Positions 30,172-40,491 of a stretch of 64,000 bases of DNA are shown piece by piece. The notes beneath the pieces were generated by a model. That model saw nothing but the letters and a program-made list of their open reading frames with translations. It was not told where the DNA came from and did not search any database. The stretch is from positions 4,703-68,702 of the forward strand of contig SEGS01000026.1 in the NCBI GenBank assembly GCA_004210915.1. The letters run 5' to 3'. Source of the DNA: Variovorax sp. Its GTDB lineage: Bacteria > Pseudomonadota > Gammaproteobacteria > Burkholderiales > Burkholderiaceae_C. Made by a program: the position numbers and the translations under genes. The first letter of the stretch is position 1; every line of letters starts with the position of its first letter.

Positions 30172-32928
30172 ATGGCCGACGCCCCCCGCCCCGATCCCGA
30201 TGCGCTGCTGGCGCAGATGCGTGCCGACGAGGCCCGCACGGCACGCGGCCGGCTGCGCATCTATTTCGGCGCCAACGCCGGCGTCGGCAAGACCTGGTCG
30301 ATGCTCACCGCCGCGCAGCGGGAGCGGGCCACGGGCCGCGACGTGCTGATCGGCGTCGTCGAAACCCATGGCCGCAGCGAAACCGCAGCCCTCGTCGCGG
30401 GGCTCGATGCCGTGCCGCTGCGCGAGCTGCCGTACCGCGACCGGACGCTGAAAGAGTTCGACCTGGACGCTGCCCTGGCGCGACGGCCCGAGGTGCTGCT
30501 GGTCGACGAACTGGCGCACAGCAACGCGGCCGGCTCGCGCCACGCCAAGCGATGGCAGGACGTGCAGGAGCTGTTGGCCGCCGGCATTGACGTGTGGTCC
30601 GCGCTGAACGTGCAGCACCTTGAAAGCCTCAACGGCACGGTCGGCGCGATCACGGGCATCCGCGTGCACGAAACGGTGCCCGACAGCGTGCTCGACGAGG
30701 CCGACGAGGTGGTGCTGGTCGATGCCACGCCTGACGAACTCACGGCACGGCTGGCCGCGGGCAAGGTCTACCTGCCACAGCAGGCGGAGCGCGCGGCGCA
30801 GAACTTTTTTCGCAAGGGCAACCTGATCGCGCTGCGCGAGATCGCCCTGCGGCGCACGGCCGACCATGTGGAAGACGATGTGCGCGGGTGGCGCGTGGAG
30901 CAGTCGGGTGGCACGCCGGCGTGGAACACGTCGGGCGCGATTCTGGCGGCGGTGGGACCCGGCGATGGCACCGACCGCACCGAAGGCGCAGCAGCGCAAA
31001 CGGTGCGCACGGCGGCCCGGCTGGCCGGCCAGCTCAACGTGCGATGGCATGCGGCCTACGTCGAGACGCCACGGCTGGCGCGCCTTCCCGCTGCGCGGCG
31101 AGACCGCATCCTGGCCGTCCTGCGCCTGGCCGAAGAACTGGGCGCCGACACGGCGGTGTTGACCGGCGAGCAGCCGGCCGCCGAACTGGCCGCGCATGCC
31201 AGGCGGCTGAACTGCGCAACGCTGGTGGTTGGCCGCAGTGCCACGGAAGACGCCGGCTTGTGGCGCGTATGGCGGCCAGTGCTGGCCCGGCAGATCGCAC
31301 AACAGGCGCCGGGCCTGGATGTAATCACTGCCGCGCGCAGCGACAGCGCACGTCGCCTGCCGCGCGCGCGTTGGAGCGGGTCCGCTGCGGACCACGCGCT
31401 GACCGATGGCGCCGAACGCGCTCCTGCGCGCTGGCCCGGCTTCGCCTGGGCCGCGGCCGCCAGCGTGGCCGTTACGTTGCTGGCCACGCCGCTGACCGGC
31501 GTGCTCGAGCTCAGCAACATCGTCATGCTCTTTCTGCTCGGCGTCGTGGGCATCGCCTGGCGCTTCGGACGCGGCCCGGCGGCCGTCAGTGCGACGCTCA
31601 ATGTGCTGGCCTTCGATTTTTTCTTCGTGCAGCCGCAGTTCTCGTTCGCCGTAAGCGACGTGCAGTACCTGTTGACCTTCGCTGTGATGCTCGGCGTTGG
31701 GCTGCTGGTGGGCCAACTGACGGCCGGACTGCGTTTTTCGGCCAGCGTGTCGGCCAGTCGGGAGCGTCGAACGCAGTCGCTCTTCGAGCTCACGCGCGAG
31801 TTGTCGGCCGCGCTGCAGAGCGAACAGGTCGCCGCGCTCGGCGCTGCGGCGGTGCAACGCCATTTCGGCGGGCAGGCCCTGGTGCTGGTGGCCGACGCGT
31901 CCGACCGCCTGCCGTCGCCCGCGCAGGCCGCCGAGGGGTTCGACGCCAACGTGGCCGACTGGGCGTTCCGGCAGGCGCAATCGGCCGGCCTGGCGACCGC
32001 CACGCTGGCTGCGCAGACCTGGCATTACGTGCCGTTGCAGGCGCCGATGCGCGTGCGCGGCGTGCTCGCGCTGTGCCCGGCGCAGCCGCGCTGGCTGTTC
32101 ATTCCCGAGCAGGTGCAGCAGCTCGACACGCTGGCCCGGCAGATCGCCATCGCCGTCGAACGCGTTCACTACGTGGAGGTGGCGCAGCAGGCCGTGGTCG
32201 ACATCGAATCCGAACGGCTGCGCAACGCCTTGCTCAACGCCATTTCGCACGACGTGCGCACGCCGTTGACAGCGTTGATCGGGCTGGCCGAATCGCTGCA
32301 GGGGCTGCCGGCCGATACGCGGGCCGACGCCACACGCGCCATCGTGGCCCAGGCCCACGCGCTGCATGCGCTGGTCAGCAACCTGCTCGACATGGCGCGG
32401 CTCGAAAGCGGCGTGGCGGGTGGCGCCGTGAATCTGCGGCGCGACTGGCAATCGGTCGAGGAGGTGGTGGGTGCCGCCATTCGCGCGGCGCGTCCGGCGC
32501 TGGGCGATCAGCCGGTGCGCACCGATTTGCCGGCCGACCTGCCGCTGGTCGAATTCGATGCGGTGCTGATCGAGCGCGTGCTGGTCAACCTGCTGGAGAA
32601 CGCCGTGCGCTACGGTGCGCCGCCCTTCGTGCTGACCGCACGGGCCTTGCCCACATCGCTGCAGATCGGCGTGCGCGACCACGGGCCCGGCCTGCCGGCA
32701 CAGTGGCGCGGACGCGAAGCGGCGCTGTTCGAGAAGTTCACCCGGGGCGACAACGAATCGGCCACGCCCGGCGTGGGCCTGGGCCTGGCGATCTGCAAGG
32801 CCATCGTGCAGGCGCACGGCGGCAGCATCTCGGCGTCGAACGCGGCGCCCGATGGCAGCGGCGGCGGCGCAGAATTCACCGTCACGCTGCCGCGCCGACC
32901 GGCGCCGGCGCTGTCTGAGCCTGCCTGA
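30172..32928 (+). CDS. kdpD: Osmosensitive K+ sensor histidine kinase
   Basis: GANAGVGKT, ETHGR, LVDELAH, NVQHLESLN, FRKGNLIALRE, USP domain, 4 TM, AISHDVRTPL, HATPase. Confidence 0.96.
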   Translation: MADAPRPDPDALLAQMRADEARTARGRLRIYFGANAGVGKTWSMLTAAQRERATGRDVLIGVVETHGRSETAALVAGLDAVPLRELPYRDRTLKEFDLDAALARRPEVLLVDELAHSNAAGSRHAKRWQDVQELLAAGIDVWSALNVQHLESLNGTVGAITGIRVHETVPDSVLDEADEVVLVDATPDELTARLAAGKVYLPQQAERAAQNFFRKGNLIALREIALRRTADHVEDDVRGWRVEQSGGTPAWNTSGAILAAVGPGDGTDRTEGAAAQTVRTAARLAGQLNVRWHAAYVETPRLARLPAARRDRILAVLRLAEELGADTAVLTGEQPAAELAAHARRLNCATLVVGRSATEDAGLWRVWRPVLARQIAQQAPGLDVITAARSDSARRLPRARWSGSAADHALTDGAERAPARWPGFAWAAAASVAVTLLATPLTGVLELSNIVMLFLLGVVGIAWRFGRGPAAVSATLNVLAFDFFFVQPQFSFAVSDVQYLLTFAVMLGVGLLVGQLTAGLRFSASVSASRERRTQSLFELTRELSAALQSEQVAALGAAAVQRHFGGQALVLVADASDRLPSPAQAAEGFDANVADWAFRQAQSAGLATATLAAQTWHYVPLQAPMRVRGVLALCPAQPRWLFIPEQVQQLDTLARQIAIAVERVHYVEVAQQAVVDIESERLRNALLNAISHDVRTPLTALIGLAESLQGLPADTRADATRAIVAQAHALHALVSNLLDMARLESGVAGGAVNLRRDWQSVEEVVGAAIRAARPALGDQPVRTDLPADLPLVEFDAVLIERVLVNLLENAVRYGAPPFVLTARALPTSLQIGVRDHGPGLPAQWRGREAALFEKFTRGDNESATPGVGLGLAICKAIVQAHGGSISASNAAPDGSGGGAEFTVTLPRRPAPALSEPA

Positions 32929-32941
32929 CCCGCCTGAACCC

Positions 32942-33652
32942 ATGTCCCTGACCCCCGTCGCTATCGTGATCGAGGACGAGCCGCAAATCCGCCGCTTCGT
33001 CCGCAGTGCGCTCGAGGCCGAAGGCTGGCAGGTCCACGAGGCCGCCACCCGTCGAGAAGGGCTGGCGGCAGCCGGCACGCGCCAGCCCGACCTGCTGGTG
33101 CTCGACCTGGGCCTGCCCGATGGCGACGGCCTGGCGCTGATCCGCGACGTGCGCGACTGGTCGGCCGTGCCGATCATCGTGCTGTCGGCGCGCGTCGACG
33201 AGGTCGACAAGATCGCCGCCCTGGACGCCGGCGCCGACGACTACCTGACCAAGCCCTTCGGCACAGGTGAACTGCTGGCCCGCGTGCGTGCCAATCTGCG
33301 GCGGCAGCGCGGCGCCCAGGGATCTGACGACGCGGCGGCCCGGGTGTTTCGCTTCGGTGAAGGTGCGGGCGCCGTCGAGATCGACCGCCATGCCCGTCTC
33401 GTGCGCCGCGCGGGAAGCGAAGTCCACCTCACCCCCACGGAATACCGCCTGTTGTCCGTGCTGGCTGCCAACGCGGGCCGCGTGCTCACGCAGCGTCAGC
33501 TGCTGCGGGAAGTCTGGGGGCCGGCCCACGCCGGGCAGACCCACTACCTGCGGGTGTACATGGGGCATCTGCGGCAAAAGCTGGAAATCGATCCTGCCCA
33601 GCCGCGGCACCTGCTGACCGAGACCGCGGTGGGGTACCGGCTCGGGCTGTAG
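32942..33652 (+). CDS. kdpE: OmpR-family response regulator
   Basis: IEDEPQIRRF, DLGLPDGDG, GADDYLTKPFG, HLTPTEY, YLRVYMGHLRQKLE. Confidence 0.95.
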   Translation: MSLTPVAIVIEDEPQIRRFVRSALEAEGWQVHEAATRREGLAAAGTRQPDLLVLDLGLPDGDGLALIRDVRDWSAVPIIVLSARVDEVDKIAALDAGADDYLTKPFGTGELLARVRANLRRQRGAQGSDDAAARVFRFGEGAGAVEIDRHARLVRRAGSEVHLTPTEYRLLSVLAANAGRVLTQRQLLREVWGPAHAGQTHYLRVYMGHLRQKLEIDPAQPRHLLTETAVGYRLGL

Positions 33653-33679
33653 CCGCGTGCTAGCAGCGCGCGTTGCGCC

Positions 33680-33898
33680 TCAGTAGTGCGGCGGCAGCTC
33701 GTGCCGCGCATCGTGCGCACCGCCGGCGGCGCCCTCGGGGCGCTGCTGCCGCAGTTGCGCCACCTGCTGCACCAGCCCGTCGATCGCCTCCTGCTGGCGG
33801 TAGATCGTCAGGTTGAGCTCGTCCAGCAGGTCGTCGGTGAAGCTGGCCTTGATCTCCAGTTCGTTCAGCCGGCGTTCGATGTCGTGTGTCGGGTCCAT
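33680..33898 (-). CDS. slyX: SlyX family protein
   Basis: RLNELEIKASFTDDLLDELN...QQ...ELPPHY C-terminal signature. Confidence 0.9.
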   Translation of the reverse strand: MDPTHDIERRLNELEIKASFTDDLLDELNLTIYRQQEAIDGLVQQVAQLRQQRPEGAAGGAHDARHELPPHY

Positions 33899-33921
33899 CC
33901 CGCGATTGTCGGGCGCGACGG

Positions 33922-35223
33922 TCAACCCGTGTAGCCGGCCAGCCGCGGCAGCCAGAGCACCATGTCCGGCCAGACAGTCACCAGGGCGAGCGCGCCGAGC
34001 ATGACCAGCAGAAAAGGCATCACCTCGCGCACGAGCACCATGAGCGACACGTTGGCGATCTTCATCATCATGAACAGCAGCAGGCCGTAGGGCGGCGTCA
34101 CCAGGCCGATCATGATGTTGAGCACCGCCATGACGCCGAAATGCACCGGGTCGATCCCCAGCGCAACCGCCGTCGGCAGCAACACGGGCAGGATGATCAG
34201 GATGATGGTGGAGCCTTCCAGCAGCGCGCCGAGCACCAGGAGGATCAGGTTGACCAGCAGCAGAAACTGCAGCGGTGAAAGATCCAGGCCTTTCATCGCC
34301 ACGCTGAGCGTCGCGGGGATGTTCTCCGAGGTGATGACGTAATTGAAGACCAGCGCACCCGCAATCAGCATGCCGATGGAAATGCTCATGCGGGCACTGG
34401 AGAGCAGCGCGTCGTACATGTCGCGCCAACCGAGGCTGCGGTACAGGACGATCGAAATCAGCAGCGCGTAGGCCGCTGCCACGCCGGCGGCTTCGGTCGG
34501 CGTGGTGATGCCGGTGTACAGGCAGCCGAGCAGGATGACCGGCAACATCAACGCGGGGAAGGCGTCCCGCGTGATGCGCGGCATCTCGCGCAGCGGCACG
34601 CGGGGCTCCAGCGGGAAGCCGCGCCGCTTCGCCATCACGTAGATCAGCACCATCTGCACGACGCCCAGCAGCAGGCCGGGCAGGACGCCCGCGATGAACA
34701 GGTAGCCGATCGACGTGCCGGACACCAGGGCGTACAGCACCAGCGGAATCGACGGGGGCAGGATCGGCCCGATCACCGACGACACGGCACTCAGCGCCGC
34801 GGCGAACGCGGGCGTGTACTTGCCGTCGCGCGTCATCATGGCCTGCATCAGCTTGCCGGAACCGGCGGCATCCGCCAGCGCGGAGCCCGACATGCTGGCG
34901 AACACCACGCTCTGCAGCACGTTGACCTGCGCCAACCCACCCGGGAAGCGGCCCACGATGGCGTTGCAAAAGCGCAGCAGGCGTTCGAGGATGCTGCCCG
35001 AACTCATGATGGTCGCGGCGAGGATGAACAGCGGAATGGCCAGCAGCAGGAAGCTGGAGTACGTGCCGTTGAGCAGCTGTTCGGCCGCCGCGCCCATGTC
35101 CATGCCCTTGAGGTACAGGTACAGGACGGAGCCGCCGATCATGGCCTGACCCACAGGCACGCCCAGCAGACTGAGCGCCACGATGGCCGCAAGCGCCAGC
35201 GAAAAGGGACTGGTGAGATTCAC
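33922..35223 (-). CDS. TRAP transporter large permease (DctM)
   Basis: LLAIPLFILA, GRFPGGLAQVNV, SGSALADAA, GPILPPSIP, GITTPTEAA, IGLVTPPYG. Confidence 0.93.
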   Translation of the reverse strand: MNLTSPFSLALAAIVALSLLGVPVGQAMIGGSVLYLYLKGMDMGAAAEQLLNGTYSSFLLLAIPLFILAATIMSSGSILERLLRFCNAIVGRFPGGLAQVNVLQSVVFASMSGSALADAAGSGKLMQAMMTRDGKYTPAFAAALSAVSSVIGPILPPSIPLVLYALVSGTSIGYLFIAGVLPGLLLGVVQMVLIYVMAKRRGFPLEPRVPLREMPRITRDAFPALMLPVILLGCLYTGITTPTEAAGVAAAYALLISIVLYRSLGWRDMYDALLSSARMSISIGMLIAGALVFNYVITSENIPATLSVAMKGLDLSPLQFLLLVNLILLVLGALLEGSTIILIILPVLLPTAVALGIDPVHFGVMAVLNIMIGLVTPPYGLLLFMMMKIANVSLMVLVREVMPFLLVMLGALALVTVWPDMVLWLPRLAGYTG

Positions 35224-35732
35224 AGGGCAGAGGAGGTGATCGACGAATCGCCGGCAGGCGCCGGGCCGCGCACCAGATGGCGCAGGGCGCGGGCGATCAC
35301 CGCCACGACGAAGACGATGTAGATGGAATACATGACATCCAGGCGGATGCCGAGGGTGGCGCTCTTCTCGACCTTCATGAAGGTCACGTAAGACCAGGAG
35401 GCCGGCAGCGACATGCCGAACAGCACGATCACCGAGAGCGCGCCGATGGCGCCGACGATCCGGCGGGTTCGCCAGCCCGCTCGCGCCGGGAGCAGCTCGA
35501 TCCGGATTTCCTCGTCGTCTTTCAACACGAAGGCCGCGCCCCACAGCACCAGCCAGAGCCATGCTGCGAGCGAGACTTCCGTCGTCCAGCCGACCGGCCA
35601 GTTGAACAGGTAGCGCAGCGTGATCTGGACGATGAAGGCGACGAAGATCAACGCGAGCAGGAGCGCGGCCACCCCTTCCGCGAAGCGGTGCAGCGCGGCC
35701 GTCACGCGGTGGAGGGTGGCCCGAACGCTCAT
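35220..35732 (-). CDS. TRAP transporter small permease (DctQ)
   Basis: QITLRY, WTTEVS...WLVLWGAAFVL...EEIRIE; four TM segments. Confidence 0.9.
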   Translation of the reverse strand: MSVRATLHRVTAALHRFAEGVAALLLALIFVAFIVQITLRYLFNWPVGWTTEVSLAAWLWLVLWGAAFVLKDDEEIRIELLPARAGWRTRRIVGAIGALSVIVLFGMSLPASWSYVTFMKVEKSATLGIRLDVMYSIYIVFVVAVIARALRHLVRGPAPAGDSSITSSAL

Positions 35733-36700
35733 TTCAGCGCGTTGATCTTGTCGAGCATGCCGGCCGGCCAGGTCTTGGCTTCATCGGAGGCCTGGTCACG
35801 AAAGGCCGCGATGTTGGGCACGTACACATCGAGCCCCTGCTTGCGGAAGGTCTCAGCCAGTTCGGCCTCGCGCTTCTGGTGCTCGGCGGTGCTCCAGGCG
35901 ATGGCCTTGTCGGCGGCAGCCTGGAAGCTGCGCTGTTTGGCGGGAGACATCGCCTGCCAGGTCTTCATGTTGACAGTCAGCAGATCGAAGGCCACCAGAT
36001 GCGACGTCAGGACGATCTGCGACATCACCTCGTAGAACTTCATGTTCTGGACGTTGGGCAGGGGGTTGTCCTGGCCGTCGATCGCCCCGGTTTGCAGGCC
36101 GGTGTACGTCTCGGCATAGGCCATGGGCGTGGGGTTCGCGCCAATCGAGCGGCCCAGCATCTGCCAGGTGTCTCCGGGCGGCATGCGCAGCTTCACGCCG
36201 GCCAGATCGGCGGGCACGTTGATCTTCTTCTTGGTCTTCAGGCCCACGTGGCGGGTACCGAAGAAGGTCGGCCCGAGGATCTTCACCTTGAGCTGATCTT
36301 CGACCATCTTCTTCATCTGCGTGCCCAGGTCGCTGGCGAAGAAGCGGGTGAGGTGTTCCGGGTCCCGGAACAGATAGGCCGACGTGAGCAGTGACCAGGC
36401 GGGTACCTGCTTGGAGATGTCCTGCGGCGCGATGTTGCCCATCTCCAGGTTGTCGCGCTGCAGTGCCACCAGCTCGGTGCCCTGGCGAAAGAGCGTGGAG
36501 TTCAGGTGCGGCTCGACCTTGAAGTCGGCCTCGATGTCCTTGGCGAACATCTTCATCATGTCGGCGCGGATGTCCTTGTCGGAGAACACGGCAGCAAAGC
36601 GCAGCGTGGCGGGTGCCTGCGCCCAGGTCGGGAAGGCCGCGGTGGCGGCCAGCGTGGCGCCGGCGCCAAGCAGCGTGCGGCGAGCGATCGAATGGTTCAT
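35729..36700 (-). CDS. TRAP substrate-binding protein (DctP)
   Basis: Tat-like signal RRTLL; DLAGVKLRMP, PTPMAYAETYTGLQTGAIDGQDNPL, FYEV. Confidence 0.92.
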   Translation of the reverse strand: MNHSIARRTLLGAGATLAATAAFPTWAQAPATLRFAAVFSDKDIRADMMKMFAKDIEADFKVEPHLNSTLFRQGTELVALQRDNLEMGNIAPQDISKQVPAWSLLTSAYLFRDPEHLTRFFASDLGTQMKKMVEDQLKVKILGPTFFGTRHVGLKTKKKINVPADLAGVKLRMPPGDTWQMLGRSIGANPTPMAYAETYTGLQTGAIDGQDNPLPNVQNMKFYEVMSQIVLTSHLVAFDLLTVNMKTWQAMSPAKQRSFQAAADKAIAWSTAEHQKREAELAETFRKQGLDVYVPNIAAFRDQASDEAKTWPAGMLDKINALK

Positions 36701-36738
36701 GAAGTCTCCTGTTTGTTGTGTGAAAAGCGTGCGAGGAA

Positions 36739-37254
36739 CTAGGTGGACCTGGCGGCGGTCACGCGTTGTGCAACGGCACGCAGCGCCAACTCGTAGCCGA
36801 AGGGGCCGAAGCCGCAGATGACGCCGGTGGCGACCAGCGACACCAGGGACTTCTGGTACAGCGGGTCGCGCTGGTGGATGTTGGTCACATGGACTTCCGC
36901 AATGGGCTGGTCGACCGTCTTGAGGGCGTCCAGCAGCGGAATGGAACGGAAGGACAGGCCCGCCGGGTTGATGACGATCGCTGCGGCGCTTTCCCGCGCC
37001 TCCTGCACCCAGTCGACCATCACGCCTTCGTGATTGGTCTGGCGGAACTCGCATCCGAATCCCAGTTCGGCCGCGACGCGCTGGCAAAGCTGTTCGACCT
37101 GCGCCAGCGTCGTGCTTCCATACAGGTGCGGCTCCCGCACGCCGAGCAGGTTGAGGTTGGGGCCATTCAGGATGTAGATGGCGCGGCCAGCAGGGTCCGT
37201 GCGCGCGGTCCCGGCTGCGTTGGCTGTGCCGGAGGAAGTCTCTGTCAGTTGCAT
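36739..37254 (-). CDS. aroQ: Type II 3-dehydroquinate dehydratase-like protein (divergent)
   Basis: LNGPNLNLLGVREPHLYG, FRQTNHEG, INPAG, EVHVTN, GVICGFG.GYELAL. Confidence 0.85.
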   Translation of the reverse strand: MQLTETSSGTANAAGTARTDPAGRAIYILNGPNLNLLGVREPHLYGSTTLAQVEQLCQRVAAELGFGCEFRQTNHEGVMVDWVQEARESAAAIVINPAGLSFRSIPLLDALKTVDQPIAEVHVTNIHQRDPLYQKSLVSLVATGVICGFGPFGYELALRAVAQRVTAARST

Positions 37255-37316
37255 TTGTTGTCCCGGGACGGCTCGAATCTGGCCGCTGCGCGATTGTTTG
37301 ACCACCCATGCCACAA

Positions 37317-37335
37317 TCTTTCCAAACTGGAAAGA
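37317..37335. promoter_or_regulatory. Palindrome TCTTTCCA-AAC-TGGAAAGA, candidate IclR operator
   Basis: Perfect 8-3-8 inverted repeat between the divergent aroQ-like and IclR genes. Confidence 0.65.
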
Positions 37336-37351
37336 CATTCCACATCTCAAG

Positions 37352-38146
37352 ATGAGCAACGCACTCGACCGCGGCTTGGCCCTGCTGGAACACCTTGCGC
37401 GCTATCCGCACGGCGCGCCACTTTCCCTTCTGGCAACCGAGCTGGACATTCCTTTCAGCGCCTGCCACCGGGTGCTTGCGGACCTTCGACGGCTCGGCTA
37501 CGTGCGGCAAGTCGAAGCGCAAGGGGACTACCTGCTGACCACCAAGGTCGTTTCCCTGGGCCTGGGTTTCCTGAGCAGCGCCGGGATCGTGAATGTTGCA
37601 GAGCCGCTGCTCGACCGGCTGGCAGAGAGCTCGGGCGAACTGGTGCGCCTTTCCATCGTCGACGAAGACCGCCTCATCTGGGTCGCCAAATCGCAAGGCG
37701 TGCGGCAGTCCGGGTTGCGTTACGACCCCGACATGGGCATGGAGGCACGCCTGTCCTGCACCTCCTCCGGGCATGCGTGGTTGATGACGCTGAGCGACGA
37801 GCGCGCCCTCGAGCTGGTCTTGCGGCAAGGGTTCGGCGCGCCAGGCGACTACGGCCCGAAGGCGCCGACCACGCTCAAGGCGCTGCTCGGCTTCCTGCAT
37901 GCAGCCCGGGTGCGTGGCTACGCCATGATCGAAGAGGTGTTTGCGCCCGGCATGGCGGCCCTCGCCGTGCCGGTGTTCCGCCGCAACGTTGCCGTGGGCG
38001 TCATCAGCATTGCCGGGCCCCGATCGCGCCTGTCGGCAGACTACATGCATCAGCTGGCACCAGCACTGCAGGCCGCTTCTGCGGAACTCGGCCCCATCAG
38101 CAATGCGTCCACGCTGTTCGGGCGGCCCGCGCTCGGAAAAGGCTGA
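37352..38146 (+). CDS. IclR-family transcriptional regulator
   Basis: NALDRGLALLE HTH, L..LAESSGELVRLS, LSCTSSG.AWL, RVRGYAM.EE...G..ALAVPV. Confidence 0.92.
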   Translation: MSNALDRGLALLEHLARYPHGAPLSLLATELDIPFSACHRVLADLRRLGYVRQVEAQGDYLLTTKVVSLGLGFLSSAGIVNVAEPLLDRLAESSGELVRLSIVDEDRLIWVAKSQGVRQSGLRYDPDMGMEARLSCTSSGHAWLMTLSDERALELVLRQGFGAPGDYGPKAPTTLKALLGFLHAARVRGYAMIEEVFAPGMAALAVPVFRRNVAVGVISIAGPRSRLSADYMHQLAPALQAASAELGPISNASTLFGRPALGKG

Positions 38147-38162
38147 ACGGCTCTCCCGACCC

Positions 38163-39281
38163 TCACTTGCTCGGGTTGATCAGGTACTTCTCGCCCGTCG
38201 CGGCCTTGCCGTAGACGCCGATGGCATCGAGCGTCAGCGCGCCGGCCAGAGAGACCACCTGCGTGTACTGGCTTGCGAAGGTGGTCTTGAGTTCCGACAC
38301 CACGCGCTGCTTGAGCCGCTCAACATCGGCCGCGCCGATCTTCTGCAGGAACGGGAACAGCAGCCAGCCACCGATGCCCCAGGCCATGCCGACGTTGCGC
38401 GCCACCTCGATCGGACTGCGGTCGAGGCCACCGTAGACATACACCTGCTTGTGCACGGCCGAGCCGTAGCGGCTGTACTCGGTGGCAGTGCGGTTGATGG
38501 CCGTTTCCATCGCGCCGAGGATCTGGCCCGCGAGCTTGCCCCCGCCGATGGCGTCGAAGGCCAGCGTGGCGCCGGTCTCGACCAGCGCGGCGGTCAGGTC
38601 CTCCATGAAGGTGGGCGTGCTGGAATCGACCACATGCTTCGCGCCGATGCCGCGCAGCAGCGCCGCCTGCTCGGGCTTGCGCACGATGTTGACGAGCGCG
38701 ATGCCGTCCTTCAGGCAGATCTTGTTGAGCATCTGGCCCAGGTTCGATGCGGCCGCGGTGTGCACCAGCGCCTTGTGGCCTTCGCGCTTCATGGTCTCGG
38801 TCATGGCCAGCGCGGTCATCGGGTTGACAAACCACGAGGCGCCCTCGGCGGCCGTCACATCGTCGGGCAGCACCATGCACTGGTCGGCGCGGATCACGCG
38901 CTCCTGCGTGTACATCGCGCCGCCGATCATCGACACCGTCTTGCCGAGCAGCGCCTGCGCAGCCGGCGACGTGCCGGCCTTGATCACCACACCCGCACCT
39001 TCGTTGCCGACGGGCAGCGATTCGCCCAGGCGCGCCTTCATCGCGGGCAGCACGCGCTCGTGCACGGCGGCGGTGACCACGGGGCGATCGGCGCTGCCCG
39101 AAGCCTTGAAGCTCGCCGGGTCGGCCGCGGCCAGCAGCAGCCCCAGGTCCGATGGATTGATCGGCGCGGCCTCCACGCGCACGACGACCTCGTCGGCCGT
39201 GGGCGCGGGCGTTGGCACATCGACCAGCGAGATTTCGAGTTCGCCCGTGGGCTGGAGGAGGGAGCGCAGTTCGAGTGCCAT
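38163..39281 (-). CDS. MDR-family (zinc-binding/quinone) oxidoreductase
   Basis: VEAAPINPSD, VGNEGAGVV, FVNPMTAL, HTAAASNLGQML, AFDAIGGG, TGEKYLINP. Confidence 0.85.
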   Translation of the reverse strand: MALELRSLLQPTGELEISLVDVPTPAPTADEVVVRVEAAPINPSDLGLLLAAADPASFKASGSADRPVVTAAVHERVLPAMKARLGESLPVGNEGAGVVIKAGTSPAAQALLGKTVSMIGGAMYTQERVIRADQCMVLPDDVTAAEGASWFVNPMTALAMTETMKREGHKALVHTAAASNLGQMLNKICLKDGIALVNIVRKPEQAALLRGIGAKHVVDSSTPTFMEDLTAALVETGATLAFDAIGGGKLAGQILGAMETAINRTATEYSRYGSAVHKQVYVYGGLDRSPIEVARNVGMAWGIGGWLLFPFLQKIGAADVERLKQRVVSELKTTFASQYTQVVSLAGALTLDAIGVYGKAATGEKYLINPSK

Positions 39282-39333
39282 GGTTGTCGCCTTCGGTGTG
39301 AGTTGCAATTCGCCAATGCTAGCCTTCGGGGTC

Positions 39334-40491
39334 ATGACCCAACTTCTGATCCTCAGCGTGAGCGCCGGCAACGGCCACGTGCGCGCGGCACAGGCCCTGG
39401 CCGCCACCGCCGAATCGCTGGCGCCGCCGTGCCACGCCACCCATGTGGACGCGATGGCGCATGTGGCCGGCGGCTTCCGCAAGGTCTACACCGACTGGTA
39501 CCTCCAGCTCGTCAACCGCGCGCCCGAGGTCTGGTCGTACCTGCACCAGAAGGCCGACAGCACACCGCACAGCGCGACCTCTCAGCGCCTGCGTCGCGGC
39601 ATCGAGCGCGTGAGCGCGGGCGCACTGTTGCGTGAGATCCATCGCGCCAGGCCCGACGCCATCGTCTGCACCCATTTCCTTCCGGCCGAACTGCTGATGC
39701 GCGAGCAGGCGAAGGGTCGCATCGACTGTCCCGTGTGGCTGCAGGTGACCGATTACGACCTGCACAACATGTGGATCGTGCCGGGCATGGCGGGCTACCT
39801 CGCCGCGACCGACGAGGTCGCTTTCCGCATGCGGGCACGCGGGCTGCCGGCCGAGCGCATCCACGTCACCGGTATTCCCCTGATGCCCGCCTTCGCGCAG
39901 CCCGCGGCGCCCGGGCTGGCACGCGACGCCAACGTCGCGCGGCTCGGGCTCGATCCGTTGCGCAAGGTCGTGCTGATGGCCTCGGGTGGTGCCGGCGTCG
40001 GCGATCTGCCGAGCATGGTCGAGCGCGTGCTGGCGTTGCACGGCGCGGACTTCCAGGTGATCGCGGTCGCTGGTCGCAACGCGAGCGCCCACGCATCCCT
40101 GAAGGCGCTGGCGCAGCGCTTCCCGCAGCGGCTGATTGCCATCGGCTTCACCAACGAAATGGAAAAGCTGATGGCGGCGGCCGACCTCGTCGTCACCAAG
40201 CCCGGCGGGCTCACGATCTCCGAATGCCTCGCGCTCGGCAAGCCCATGCTGCTGGTCTCGCCGATCCCGGGGCAGGAAGAACACAACGCCGGCTTCCTGA
40301 TGGAAGAGGGCGCTGCCTGGCTGGCCTACGACGCGATCGGGCTCGAATACAAGATCGCGCGCCTCATGGCCCGGACTGGCGAATCCAGCGACAAGCTCGC
40401 GCTGATGGCCGGGCGCAGCCGCGCGCTGGGCAAGCCGGGCGCCGCGCGTGCGGTGCTCGATTGCGTGCTCGCAAAAAAGGTGAGCGCGTGA
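39334..40491 (+). CDS. MGDG synthase / UgtP-like GT28 glycosyltransferase
   Basis: SVSAGNGHVRAAQAL, IVCTHFLP, VTDYDLHNMW, VTGIP, AGRN, VTKPGGLTISE, PIPGQEEHNA. Confidence 0.88.
   Translation: MTQLLILSVSAGNGHVRAAQALAATAESLAPPCHATHVDAMAHVAGGFRKVYTDWYLQLVNRAPEVWSYLHQKADSTPHSATSQRLRRGIERVSAGALLREIHRARPDAIVCTHFLPAELLMREQAKGRIDCPVWLQVTDYDLHNMWIVPGMAGYLAATDEVAFRMRARGLPAERIHVTGIPLMPAFAQPAAPGLARDANVARLGLDPLRKVVLMASGGAGVGDLPSMVERVLALHGADFQVIAVAGRNASAHASLKALAQRFPQRLIAIGFTNEMEKLMAAADLVVTKPGGLTISECLALGKPMLLVSPIPGQEEHNAGFLMEEGAAWLAYDAIGLEYKIARLMARTGESSDKLALMAGRSRALGKPGAARAVLDCVLAKKVSA

Noticed and set aside
35729-35800. DctP C-terminus looks a few residues short (AAFRDQASDEAKTW), possibly an in-frame deletion
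   Set aside because: Based only on recollection of homologues; frame and stop are intact; needs an alignment
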